A stretch of DNA of 64,000 bases, taken from the NCBI RefSeq assembly GCF_009914755.1, contig NC_060927.1; one strand, written 5' to 3'. The stretch is from the human T2T-CHM13v2.0 reference genome, Homo sapiens. Below the pieces are notes generated by a model that saw only the letters and a program-made list of their open reading frames with translations, made no database searches and was not told the origin of the DNA. Below are positions 26,314 through 39,725 of the stretch, piece by piece; the first letter of the stretch is position 1, and each line of letters opens with the position of its first letter. The position numbers and the translations under genes were made by a program.

Positions 26314-26385
26314 GCCACAGATGGGGAAGTCACAGCCGTGGAGGAGGCACCGGTAAATGCATGTCCCCCTGGATTCAGGCCCTGG
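26314..26385 (+). CDS. FLNB: FLNB exon 30 (72 nt), hinge-1 cassette exon; alternative internal donor after 26352 gives a 39-nt form
   Basis: gaccag|GCC..TGG|gtacaa; internal CCG|gtaaat; ATDGEVTAVEEAP/VNACPPGFRPW; phase 0-0. Confidence 0.95.
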
Positions 26386-27105
26386 GTACAATTTTGGTTT
26401 TTTCCTTTTTGTGTTTCTGTGTTTACTCAGCCTTCATTTCAGAAAATCTGCCATCTGCTTCTGGGATTGCTTAAGCCCTGTGGGTGTCCTGGTCATTGGT
26501 GTGCCCCTCACTGATCAGCCCATCACGATGATCCCTGCTTTTTCTGTAATAAGATCACCTTTGCGTCACCATCCGTGCTCCACGAATCGCCAGCCGTCGT
26601 GTCTGTGATCACGCTCGGTGCAGTTTGTCTCTGTGTTTAAAGAGAAAGACAGACAGCTGTCTGCAGCCCTCCTGCTGCCTCTCAAAGCCGCCACTTGCAC
26701 ATTCAGTTTCTGTTCAGGGGGAAAGCCACCCACTGCTACTCTCTGCCACTTAAAATGCACCTTCTTTTCCAGGCCACAAGCAACTAAACCTTTCCAGATG
26801 GAGCCTCTTGGGACTCATAGACATTGCTGTCTCTCACTTTTCCACTTTCCCGTGGGTGCTGCTGGGAATTTTACAAACAGACTCCCGAGTGATTGCTAAC
26901 AGTTGGTCAGCATGACCTCTCCAGTCCCTCAGGTTCTACCCTGGGTCTGGAGCCACTTAGACAAAGCCCATACCACAATGGGCAGCCGCATTCCCAAATC
27001 CCGGCCTCACTGGCTTGTAGAATTCCCAGCAGCTCTAACCCCTGTAGCTTCACCAGCTCCCGCTGTTGTCTGCTTTACCCAGTGACCACTGCCTTCTGTT
27101 TTTAG

Positions 27106-27208
27106 GTGACCGAAGAGGCCTATGTCCCAGTGAGTGACATGAACGGCCTGGGATTTAAGCCTTTTGACCTGGTCATTCCGTTTGCTGTCAGGAAAGGAGA
27201 AATCACTG
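27106..27208 (+). CDS. FLNB: FLNB exon 31 (103 nt)
   Basis: ttttag|GTG..ACTG|gtaagc; [34 protein letters not shown]. Confidence 0.97.
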
Positions 27209-27928
27209 GTAAGCACTTGCCATAAAGGCCGTCTCATTCTCACTTGCTCTCACGAGCTTCCCAGAATGGTGCTGGGGAGGTGTGTCCACTGTCCCCCAGA
27301 CCCAGGCTCCTTAACCCAGGGTCACGAGTTCTTGGTCTCCGGTGTTGGGCCGTGGGCTCCTGAAACTACAGAATATGCCACGTGTGTGTTTCTCTGAAGA
27401 AGTGGCTCACTGACAACTTGCATTACTTTCTTGAGCAGTCCCATGATTCTCTCTAGGTTAAAAACTGCTGTGTTTAGATACCTCATGACTGTCGGGTTCT
27501 TGTTTGCCCCTTTTTCCTGCCTTCTCTTATTTGACTTTTCCAGATGTGACTTTGACACTGAGTCTGTCATACAGGAGTTCCTTTCTCCCCTCAGCCTCTT
27601 TTCAATGGCCCACTTCTCTTTGGTTTGATGCTCTATGTATCCAGCTGGTTTCATGGTGTTCTCAAGTCCTTTCTGAGCTTGATTTTGCCAGTTGTAGAAA
27701 ACTCTTTAAGAGTTGTCTGCTATATTTTGTGGAAGCCAAATGGAACTGGAAAAAAAAAAAAGAAAAGAGCAAATGGTCTCTCCCATTGTGGGACTTGAAT
27801 GTTTTAGGCAGCAACGAATGTTCTTGGGTCTGGAAACCTTTATTTTGAATACATCTGTGCCTTGGGCTCTGCTTCTCTGGGGAAGGTTGCTGGTGGGCTT
27901 CATTGCCCCGTCTCTCTGTGCTCCATAG

Positions 27929-28069
27929 GAGAGGTCCACATGCCTTCTGGGAAGACAGCCACACCTGAGATTGTGGACAACAAGGACGGCACGGTCACTG
28001 TTAGATATGCCCCCACTGAGGTCGGGCTCCATGAGATGCACATCAAATACATGGGCAGCCACATCCCTG
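27929..28069 (+). CDS. FLNB: FLNB exon 32 (141 nt)
   Basis: ccatag|GA..CCTG|gtaagc; [20 protein letters not shown]...GSHIP. Confidence 0.97.
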
Positions 28070-28708
28070 GTAAGCTGAGTCAGCAGGCCCAGCAGGGCTC
28101 CACCATTCAGGGGCATCCGGGCAGCCTGCAGACACTCCTCAGCCGCTTTGCAGGGAGCAGCTCTCGGCAGCAGGCTGGAGAATGCAGCGTTGGTACCCCT
28201 GTGAAACCAAACAGTCTGGGACCCTAGCAGGTCCAGCTGATTTCTGGAAGGGATGATGTAGCTCAGTGTCTTGGGTCACAGTGCAGGCCTTTGGGTCTGT
28301 GGTTGTTTATCTTTGTCACTACGCTGAGTGTGGCCAGAGGTCAAGCTGGGAGAAAAATGGGAGGCATGGTGAGGGACTTTCCAGCCTGGCCTGCAGAGCC
28401 CTGTGTGGGCTGGAGGCTTGGGGCCAGGTCAGAGGTGGAAGAAGAGGACCAGCAGCCCTGGAAGAAGAGGACCAGCAGCCCTCTACAAGGGAAGCCAGCC
28501 CAGGTTTCATGGGTCACCAACCAGCACAGTGTCACCAGTTCATTCTTTCTTTTTGTAGTTGTATTTGTTTTTTAATTTAGTATTTTGAATAGGTAACACA
28601 TTCTCATGGTTCAAAAATAAAAATGATACGAAGAAAGTTTTCCTTCCTACCCCTCTCCTTGAACTAGACTATCATAAATTTTTTTATGTTCGATTTCAGA
28701 GTTTCAGG

Positions 28709-28847
28709 GTTTTATTTTTTATTTTTTTGTGGAGATAGGGTCTCACTGTGTTGCACAGATTGGTCTCAAACTCCTGTCCTCAAGCAGACCTCCCGCCTTT
28801 GTCTCCTAAAGTGTTGGGATAACAGGCATGAGCCGCCACGCCTGGCC
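28709..28847 (-). mobile_element. FLAM/Alu monomer
   Basis: Antisense monomer; TSD atttcagagt. Confidence 0.85.
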
Positions 28848-30376
28848 AATTTCAGAGTATTTTTAAGACTCTCCATGCAAACGGAAATACAGATATATAA
28901 GAGAGTGTCTTCCCAGCCTTCCCTCATGTGGACGAACCATTACATATTTGACCATTTCCCTATTGGAGGGCATTTTGGTTCTTCCTGCCCTCGCTGTCCC
29001 CAGTGTTGCTGCGCAAATCGACTTTTCCCCTAGTCACCTCACACTCACAAAGATGTATCTGTGAGATTTAGTTACCAGAGGAGGCAATGCTAGGGCCCCA
29101 GTGCAGGCATCTATGATTTTGACAGATCTTGCCAAATTGCCCTTCAGAGGGGCTGTTGCAGTTCACACGCCCTCTGGCCATGGAGAAGAGCACCTTCTTT
29201 TCCACAAAATTTGCCAGTAGAATATGGTATCAAATTTTTGGAGCTTTGCCAGTCTGATGGTTGGAAAGAAACAGAATCTCAGCGTTGCTTTATTTGTATT
29301 TCTCTTGTGAATGAGACCACACAACTTTCCCTATGTCTATTTGTATTTCTTTTTCTGTGAACTGAACATTTGGATCCACGGCCTGTTTTTCTATTTGGTT
29401 ATTGGCCTTTGTCATATAGTTTCTAAGAGCAATGTAAACATTGGAGAGATTAGCCCTTTGTGGTAGGAGTTGCAAATGTTTCTCTGAGATTGGCATTTAC
29501 TTTAGTTGTCTGTATGTAATATTGGTTTAAAGCAAAAATGTATTATCTGCTTCTATTTAAATATTCTAAAGCGGCAGATGGAGAGAGAGGAAAAAATGTC
29601 TTTCTCACATCTGCCATCCACTTCCACTGCTGGTGTGAGTTGTGTATCTTTTCAGATGTTTCTCTCTGTATCTACAAACATACATATAATTTTATTCTAT
29701 TTTGTTTTTAAAGGAATAGCATAATGGTATTCATAGTTTATAGCAACTTGCTTTTTTTCTTTTTAATGCATCATATTATGGATAATTTCTCAAGTCAGTA
29801 AACATGGGTCTTCCTCACTCTTTTTAATGGCCCATGAGTAGATCAGCATTTATTTAACCGGTCCCCTGTTGTGAACACTTAGGTCTTTTCCTGATGTGCA
29901 CCCGAACACTGCAGAAATGAAAGTGCTTACATAGGGCTAGGAGTCGGGGTGGGCAGAGAAGACCACTGTGGGGTTGATTCCTTACAGGTTGAATGGCATG
30001 GGCAAATGGCCTTCCAAAAGCCCTTTCCACTTACCTTCCCTCTGGCCATGGGTCCTTTCACCACCCAGTGCAAAAGTTTCTTCCTTATTTGTCAGGTTGG
30101 GCTGGTACCTTACCTTAGCCCCCTTCCTCATCTGGAGCAGCTTCCAGGATTGTTTTTCTTATGTTGTGATTGAAGGAATAATACTGCGTAGACCCTCTCT
30201 GATGTCCTAGGATGGCGGGGGATGGGAGGTGCATGTGCATCTCCTTCTGTCTCTTCATGCCTCTGCTTAGGAGGCGCCAGACCTGTAGAGAGGTGGACGT
30301 CAAGATGCCAGTTGTCCAGGGTCTTCGTTCACCCCTTAATGAGCACCAATTTTGTTTGTGTCCTTCGTAAACCCAG

Positions 30377-30505
30377 AGAGCCCACTCCAGTTCTACGTGA
30401 ACTACCCCAACAGTGGAAGTGTTTCTGCATACGGTCCAGGCCTCGTGTATGGAGTGGCCAACAAAACTGCCACCTTCACCATCGTCACAGAGGATGCAGG
30501 AGAAG
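30377..30505 (+). CDS. FLNB: FLNB exon 33 (129 nt)
   Basis: acccag|AG..GAAG|gtactg; [21 protein letters not shown]...DAGE. Confidence 0.96.
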
Positions 30506-31275
30506 GTACTGTGTGGTTTACGTGTTTATACGCCTCCAGCTGTCCATTTGGAGGGTGAAGTGGACACGGTTCCAGGGTGGCTTTTAAAAGTGAGACAATC
30601 GAATGGTAGTATTTGTCTTGTCTTTTCTCTCGTGTAAATCTGTTTCTTCTTTAGAGCCGCTTCGTCTTCTACCCAGACAGACATTTTTGAAGTCCTTTGT
30701 GTTCTAACTGAAATCAGATTCATGCTATGAAATACTTTATGTGACTTGTCTGGAATTTAAGTGTGTTTTGGTTGGTGATGTTTTTGTTCTTGTTGCACAT
30801 GTATCCACAAGACCACATGACTTACTGAGTGGCTCTTTTTGATAAAGCTGTGTGCCCATTCCCGTGGTATTCATGGATAATCCCAAATCTGTGGTTCTAA
30901 TGGGATTTCCGTGATGGCAGCCAGTGCCTGATGGGCAGGGACAATCCACCTCTGCCCTCCACCACCCACCGTCTCCTATGTGTAATTGATGTACACGGCT
31001 CCTTCCTTTTCTCATCCCATGCATCCTGAGAGTAGAGAGAGCTCCAGGGTTACTTGCAGTGAAGAACTCAGATGTTTGGGGTTTCTTCTCAGTGGGTGTT
31101 TTTACTGCGTGGACTGCTTCATTCTGACAGATGTCCCTTTGCCCACAGCTCACGTGGAGTGCGTCAATCCATTGTCCCCAGCATCAGGGCTGCCCTGGAT
31201 GAGTTGTTAAAAGGAAACTCTTAAAACAAGGCAACTCTCTCCCTAACACCCCTGCATCCCTGTTCCCACTTGTAG

Positions 31276-31449
31276 GTGGTCTGGACTTGGCTATTGAGGG
31301 CCCCTCAAAAGCAGAAATCAGCTGCATTGACAATAAAGATGGGACATGCACAGTGACCTACCTGCCGACTCTGCCAGGCGACTACAGCATTCTGGTCAAG
31401 TACAATGACAAGCACATCCCTGGCAGCCCCTTCACAGCCAAGATCACAG
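31276..31449 (+). CDS. FLNB: FLNB exon 34 (174 nt)
   Basis: ttgtag|GT..ACAG|gtaggg; [22 protein letters not shown]...SPFTAKIT. Confidence 0.97.
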
Positions 31450-32116
31450 GTAGGGTTGTCTGGCTTCTGGGGTCTTCCTCGTGGGAAGTATGGCTGCCTC
31501 TGACTGCCACCCTCCTTATCAGACCCCTGGCAGCAGGCTAGACGTCTCTTTGAGTTTAGGTTTCACAGAGACTTGTTGAGGAGGAGCAGGGGATGGAATG
31601 CAATTTTGGATTAGCTAAATCCTTCTCTTGCTGATAATCCAGGAAAATGCGAGAGCTAGTATTTGGAGCACACTTTTATTGTGCCAGTGTGACTCTAGGG
31701 TGCAAAGAGAAAGCTCTCAGATGGAGTGTTCGAATCATACTTACTGCAATAGTGCATGAAGTGCATGAGCTTAGACATGCCCTTCAGCGTCACTACTAGG
31801 TAAATTTTCTGCTATCCCTTTTACAGATGGGAAAACTGAGGCTTGGCAAGGTAGTGGTGTAGCCAAGTTCACATATAGGTAAACAGATCCAGGTTATCAA
31901 ATTCCAAAGCCCATGCTCCTCACCTTGCTGTGTTCAGGTTATGCTTTCAGTGGGTTATAAGGAAGATGCACAAGGCAGATCCTGTTTCCCCACCGTATTT
32001 AGACCTGTCTGTGAAGCAGCCAGTAGTACTGTGTGGAATGTGGTCATTGTTTACCTAGAAATGCCCACAGCCATGCCAGGCAGGTATGAGGTGCCTTCAA
32101 CTAACAAAAATTCCTA

Positions 32117-32401
32117 TATTTTATTTTATTTTTGAGACAGAGTCTCACTCTATCACCCAGGCTGGAGTTTTAGTGGCATGATCTCGGCTCACTGTGACCT
32201 CTACCTCCTGGGTTCAAGCGATTCTCCTGCCTCAGCCTCCTGAATAGCTGGGATTACAGCACCCACCACCACACCCAGCTTATTTTTGTATTTTTAATAG
32301 AGATGAAGTTTCACCATGTTGGACAGGCTGGTCTTGAACTCCTGACCTCAAGTGATTCGTCTGCCTCAGCCTCTCAAAGTGTTGGGATTAGGCACCTGGC
32401 C
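32117..32401 (-). mobile_element. Alu
   Basis: Antisense dimer. Confidence 0.92.
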
Positions 32402-32661
32402 CAAAGATTCCTTTAAAATGTGGTCCATGAGGACTCAAGTCTCTAGGTCCTGCCAGCTTCTTGTCTTTGCTGCAAGCAGGCATGAATCCCATCATTCTTC
32501 ATTGGTTGGGTCTACTCAGTGTTCAAGGCTCATTTTTTTTTCACTTAACTTTGTGTAATTAGTTCTTGCGTGTTCATCCGTGAACAGCATATGGCATGGC
32601 AGCTCTGTGAAGCCAGGGTAACCACATGTAACGGGAGTCCTTTTTGGGGGATGTTTCCCAG

Positions 32662-32820
32662 ATGACAGCAGGCGGTGCTCCCAGGTGAAGTTGGGCTCAG
32701 CCGCTGACTTCCTGCTCGACATCAGTGAGACTGACCTCAGCAGCCTGACGGCCAGCATTAAGGCCCCATCTGGCCGAGACGAGCCCTGTCTCCTGAAGAG
32801 GCTGCCCAACAACCACATTG
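32662..32820 (+). CDS. FLNB: FLNB exon 35 (159 nt)
   Basis: tcccag|AT..ATTG|gtgagc; DSRRCSQVKLGSAADFLLDISE...PNNHI. Confidence 0.97.
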
Positions 32821-33104
32821 GTGAGCTAGGCTACCCTTCCTGGCTGGAGCCAGGACATCTTGGGTGGGAGATGGGGACTCTTGCAGTCCTTTCTTGGGAA
32901 TGGGTAGCACAATGGAGTGTGATGTGATAAACCTGCTGGGTCACACGCACGATAAATGCCCAAGCGTATTTGTGCATTGTGATATCGACACTCTGGATTG
33001 TTGGGTGTCAGGAAAGAGGACATATTTCTATTTCTGAGAGTGTGTCTCTCTCCTGCTTCCTCTCCGCCATCCCCTTACAAGCCCCAATCTGTGTTCTGGT
33101 CCAG

Positions 33105-33308
33105 GCATCTCCTTCATCCCCCGGGAAGTGGGCGAACATCTGGTCAGCATCAAGAAAAATGGCAACCATGTGGCCAACAGCCCCGTGTCTATCATGGTGG
33201 TCCAGTCGGAGATTGGTGACGCCCGCCGAGCCAAAGTCTATGGCCGCGGCCTGTCAGAAGGCCGGACTTTCGAGATGTCTGACTTCATCGTGGACACAAG
33301 GGATGCAG
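33105..33308 (+). CDS. FLNB: FLNB exon 36 (204 nt)
   Basis: gtccag|GC..GCAG|gtctgt; [17 protein letters not shown]...VDTRDA. Confidence 0.97.
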
Positions 33309-34305
33309 GTCTGTGTGGTCCCAGGGGAGAGGCCCAGAGCTTGTGGGAACCGACTTATTTTGCTGAGGCAGCGTCATCTTTTCATCCTACCAACTCCTTT
33401 TCCTTTCTGAGCATCCTTCAAGCTATAGGTCCTTCTGCCTGCATTGTCTTTTATGCCTCATGACCATTGGCAAAAATGGGATTGTCTTTGTTTTTTAGAT
33501 GATGAAACTGAGGCTTGCAAGGTTTAGAGCCCCCTCTGCACTAGGATCTGAACCCAGAGCCACAACACCTCGCAAACCCCTGTTTTCTTATCTGCTCTCC
33601 CACCCTTGTTCTCAGCTTCCCAGCGTCTCTCCAAGCAAAGAATGTTGGGTTGATTGGCCAAGACCATGGTCATCTGAGCAGAGCTTTTGTGGAAATGAAG
33701 CATCTCTTTCTGTTTTCTCTTTGAGATGGTTTGAGTTAGATTGTGTCTCTTCCAAGCTTGCCACACCCCAGTGCCTCCAGTCATCTGCTTTCTTGAAGGA
33801 TGGCCACGCTGGTGAATTCTAGACAAATTCTAACCCGGGGAGAGGGCTGGAGAATTTCTGGTCCTGGTTGGGAGATACTCCCTGTTAAACCTTCGGATAT
33901 GCTGACCTAGCTGAGGTAGCCAGGGGCTATTTAAAAATTCAAAATCTCAGATCTGGCTGTGGATAAACCCCCAAGGTGGTACGTGCAGTACTTGGAGGCG
34001 TGAGGGCAGAAGGTCCTCCCCAGCAGTTTGTACGGGACACATCATCTATGGGATATTAGTAAATATCCTTAAGGAAAGGCTTCTGTGGTCAAAACCAGGT
34101 TCAGCAGGTTATTTCACTATGGGGCTTCTCAGGACGCTTAACCTACTCATCCCCCTCTGGGCTTTGCAAACGAGGCCGCCATTGCTTTCTTTCTGCTATG
34201 TAGAAATAGATTGAGGCGTAAGGGTCGGATGTCCTTTCTCCATTCATCAGGCTCCCTCTTCCTGAGGAGCTGCTGTCAGAACAGCCTGGGGCTGCTGTGT
34301 TGCAG

Positions 34306-34458
34306 GTTATGGTGGCATATCCTTGGCGGTGGAAGGCCCCAGCAAAGTGGACATCCAGACGGAGGACCTGGAAGATGGCACCTGCAAAGTCTCCTACTTC
34401 CCTACCGTGCCTGGGGTTTATATCGTCTCCACCAAATTCGCTGACGAGCACGTGCCTG
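34306..34458 (+). CDS. FLNB: FLNB exon 37 (153 nt)
   Basis: ttgcag|GT..CCTG|gtatgt; [17 protein letters not shown]...DEHVP. Confidence 0.97.
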
Positions 34459-34560
34459 GTATGTGCATTCCATTCCCCTCCAGGTGGGATGCTTGGGTTT
34501 TCTGTAAATGCTGTGCCTTGGCCTCTGGCCTGCTCACAGGAGCCTTCTTGGGTCTTGCAG

Positions 34561-34683
34561 GGAGCCCATTTACCGTGAAGATCAGTGGGGAGGGAAGAGT
34601 CAAAGAGAGCATCACCCGCACCAGTCGGGCCCCGTCCGTGGCCACTGTCGGGAGCATTTGTGACCTGAACCTGAAAATCCCAG
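34561..34683 (+). CDS. FLNB: FLNB exon 38 (123 nt, 41 aa; skipped in var-1); repeat 19/20 junction with the RAPS phosphosite
   Basis: ttgcag|GG..CCAG|gtgggc; [40 protein letters not shown]. Confidence 0.97.
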
Positions 34684-35565
34684 GTGGGCGTCGGGGACTA
34701 GTAGGGTGGGGAAGCCTTGGCTCCAGCCTTCAGGGCAGTGGGTGCCTTTGGGAACCAAGTTTAGGCATGGCCCAGAACACAGTATCCAAGTCGGCTGTGC
34801 TGACCTTTTCATTTCACTTCATTTCATTATGTTCTTCTATGTTTATTTTCACAGAGTCTCATCCAAGAAAAACAAATGTTTACCTTGCTACCTTTTTCCT
34901 CTTCCAAATAAAAATAGCTTTATTGTGTCACATGGGGGAAACGTAGATATGCTTTTAGATTTTTAGATTAACTATCTGTCAAATAGAATCATGTCAGTGA
35001 AAGAACTGGCCCTGCCGATGCCAGGGTCTGGAAGTATTTAAGAGGTGGCAGCCCAGCGGCATCCTTCTAGTATTTCTCTTTCATTCCTGAAATTAGAACG
35101 AGGGCTGTGCTGCAGAACTCGCTGGGCCACATCTAGCCCTTTGGTGGTGAATTGTTCTTCTTGGGCCCCGATTAGCCAGTCAACAGGTCACACAGTCTGT
35201 CTGAAATGTGTTCCAAGTTCTTTCTATAAAGAATCCTTCCAGAGGGAAGCCACTGTGAGTGAAAATTTTGAGGCTCCTCTGCCCAGAAGTTGGCATGTCC
35301 TGTGGAATTGCACAAATTCTACAGAGAAGGGAAATCTAAATCGTCTTCAGATGGAGCTTGTGTTGCGAGCTCTGGAGAGGGGGTTGTCTTTCTACACTGC
35401 ATCTCCCATCCTTCCTAACGAGTCACGGAGCTGTCGACTCCGCCTTCTTGGCTTTAGTTAACAGGTTCTTCTTGTGTAGTCACATCAACGTCGGGTCACA
35501 TGGGAATGTGGTAAAGCCTCATTACTGTAGAGTTCAGACATGATCACTTAAAAAGAGCTTTATTG

Positions 35566-35894
<329 letters not shown>

Positions 35895-36751
35895 TCATAA
35901 ACAGTTCGTGTGCCTCAAGGTGGGGGGAGGAAGTGTCACCTCCCAGAGAGAGCTTGGTTCACATTTTAGGTACAGAGTTGGACCCTGGCTGCCCCATCCT
36001 CATAGCCACGTCTGCTCACTTTCCAGTCACATTGGTGTACTCATCCACTGTTTTTGTGGGCATCTTCCCACCTCAAAAAATAGACATCCACATCATCTCT
36101 TTCATGACCCTGATAAAATGCCATTTCATTCAATGGAACTATTGGTGATAGAAAAAGAGAGATTCCATTTCATGTCTAGATGCATCAACCTTCGTTACTC
36201 ATCTCTGTGCCTCAGCTCCCATCATCAGGGCTGCTGTGACATTTGCCACCCTGTGCTCAGGCTGTGGGCTGGATGCCCAGGAGTGGGCTGGGCTGGTGCA
36301 TTTCAGATGCTGCCATGCCTTGGCAGACCGCCCTCCACATTTCTCCATACTCCCCCACCAGCACTGGGGCTGTCTCTCCTTCTCACTTTGGCCAACCTGA
36401 TGGAAAAACATGGCATTCAGTGTTCAGTTTCATATCTTCGATTACTAGTGATATGTGTACTGTGTTTTCTTTTCATTTGCTTTACATTTCTCATTTGGCA
36501 AAATTTCTGTGCTCTGCTTATTTCTTGAGGAACTAGCAAGTATCTGCAGTGTGGACGTTTACCCTTTCTCTTAAGTCTCTTCCAGCTCTTGGCCATTTTG
36601 TTATTCTTTTAGTTACTTAGTACCAGATGACTCTGGGTGAGGCTCGATTTTCCACTCATTACCCAAATGATCCTCTCGGAGATCCCCTCCTCCTTAATGG
36701 AGGACAGCTCACTAACTTCAGATGTCCTCCGGACCCAGGTTTTGCGGGGCA

Positions 36752-37120
36752 TCTTTGTCAGTTTGGGCTGCTGTAGCAAAATCACATGAACTAGGTGGCA
36801 ACCAACAGAAATGTATGCCTCACAGTTGTGGAGGCTGGAAGTCCAAGATCAGGTGCCAGCATGGCCAGATTGTGGTGAGGGCCTCCTTCCAGGCTGCAAA
36901 CCGACAGCGTCCCCTTGTATCCTCACATGCTGGAGAACGGAGGGAGCCAGCTGTCTGGGACTCTTACAAGGCCACTGACCCCATCACAGGGTCGCTCCAC
37001 TTTCATGACCTTATCTAATCCTAATTGCCTCCTCAAGGCCCATGATAATCCCATCACATTGTTGGGGGTAGGGTTTCAATATTTGAATTTTGGAGGGACA
37101 CAAACATTCAGTTCATTACA
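36752..37120 (-). mobile_element. MLT1 (MaLR) solo LTR, MLT1A-like
   Basis: cacagttgtggaggctggaagtccaagatcagg...gaattttggagggacacaaacattcagttcattaca. Confidence 0.8.
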
Positions 37121-37164
37121 TGGGTGACCCTCTTTTCAACCTCCCTTCCCTTTTCTGTCCTCAG

Positions 37165-37238
37165 GGGTCAGAGTCATGAACTGCTCTGCCCAGATCCTGT
37201 GGGGCTGGAGGGTGCAGTTTCATACTGGCTCTAGGTGA
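37165..37238 (+). CDS. FLNB: FLNB alternative truncating exon (var-2 reads to TGA; var-3 splices after 37234)
   Basis: Strong pyrimidine tract ...ttttctgtcctcag|GG; GVRVMNCSAQILWGWRVQFHTGSR*; AG|gtgatg joined to exon 39 gives ...SRNQQQ*; matches recalled var-2/var-3 C-termini. Confidence 0.85.
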
Positions 37239-37530
37239 TGGCAGTGCTCCGTGCCCCGCATGCGGCCGCCTGGCCTCACCACGGCAGTGCAGGCACAGTC
37301 GTTGGCATGACGTGAGCAGCTCACGGAGAGTGATGTGGTCTTGCGTCCTAGCACTGGTGACCCGAGACATTGCTTTTCTGAAAGTGTGGCCCCTGGTCTT
37401 TGGTTTGCTCAAAGCTTTGCTCACGCATGGTTTCCCCTCTGCCATTGGGACTTACATATGTTCACCTTTTTCTCTAACTTTGTCTTGTTGCCTAAAAGAA
37501 ATGCCAAAGCTTCTTGACGGTAAAGGATGA

Positions 37531-38184
<654 letters not shown>

Positions 38185-38539
38185 TGAAAGAGAAGACTTC
38201 TGATAGGTGGCATTAAGGGCATTATTTAAAACAAGGCATCATGACTAAGTCTGGCACAGTTTGTAACTAAGCTTTGCTCACTTACGTAAAGCCAAACAGG
38301 TTTCTTACTGGGAGCCTCCTTGGAGCCCGTATCTTATTAGTGTGCACCTGAGTCTCTAATTGGGGAGCAGAGTAATACGGTTTCCAGAGCATCTTTCAGG
38401 GCTGATGTTCTGTGGAACATACTAGAAAGCTACAAAACTGACTGTAAGCATCCTTTCCTGTGGTTGCCGCTGGTGGGAAGATCTGTAGGGAAAAAATGGA
38501 ACATTCTCATCTTTCTCTGGCTTGGTTAAGGTGTATTCA

Positions 38540-38700
38540 TTTTTTAAATTTTTTATTTAATATCTTTTTCTCTCTTGTTTGTTAGAGATGGGGTCCCACT
38601 ATCTTGCTCAGACTGGTCTTGAACTCCTGGGCTCAAGTGATCCTCCTGCCTTGGCCTCCTAAAGTGCTGGGATTATAGGCATGAGCCACTGTGCCTGGCC
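38540..38700 (-). mobile_element. FLAM/Alu monomer
   Basis: Antisense monomer; TSD ggttaag(g/a)tgtattca. Confidence 0.88.
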
Positions 38701-38717
38701 GGTTAAGATGTATTCAG

Positions 38718-39027
<310 letters not shown>

Positions 39028-39247
39028 TCAGAGGACTCCAGATGTCCTGTGAATTTAGTTATCACTAGTGATGCTTAGGAAACTTCAGCAATGGACCTTG
39101 GACCTTGCTTGGGTTCTGCTTGGGGTTGGAGAAAGAGGAAAGGGCTAGCAACAGACGAAACCTAGCACTGCAGGTTTGAACAAGGATGGAAGAGGGACAG
39201 GGGCTCTGTGGGGCTCAGTCACTAACCAGGTTTCTCTTTGCTCTCAG

Positions 39248-39385
39248 CTGAGTTCAGCATTTGGACCCGGGAAGCAGGCGCTGGAGGCCTCTCCATCGCT
39301 GTTGAGGGCCCCAGTAAGGCCGAGATTACATTCGATGACCATAAAAATGGGTCGTGCGGTGTATCTTATATTGCCCAAGAGCCTG
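39248..39385 (+). CDS. FLNB: FLNB exon 40 (138 nt), repeat 21 (integrin-binding repeat)
   Basis: tctcag|CT..CCTG|gtatgt; [28 protein letters not shown]...AQEP. Confidence 0.97.
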
Positions 39386-39725
39386 GTATGTATTCAGGGT
39401 TCACAAGAGGACATTTTCCTTGTTTGAACATGATTAGGTTGCAAGGAACAGAAATCCATCAAGTTTGCTGAAGTCAATGAGGAATCTATGTGTATGGGCA
39501 CATGGGACAGCCTCCTAGAAATCCAGTTGCAAGATACATGGCCAGACCTCTTAAGGGTGGGAACGCTTGTTCTGGTTGCCTTTTGCCTTTCTCCATTAGC
39601 CTCTCTGCTTCTTGCTTTCATTCAATTGCTCCATTCTTTCCACCAACCAGCCTCTGTCTGCCCACCCATGGCTACCCTGGCTGGCTGCCCCAGAAGAGTG
39701 GCCTTGGCATCTGAGCTCCCTCTAG

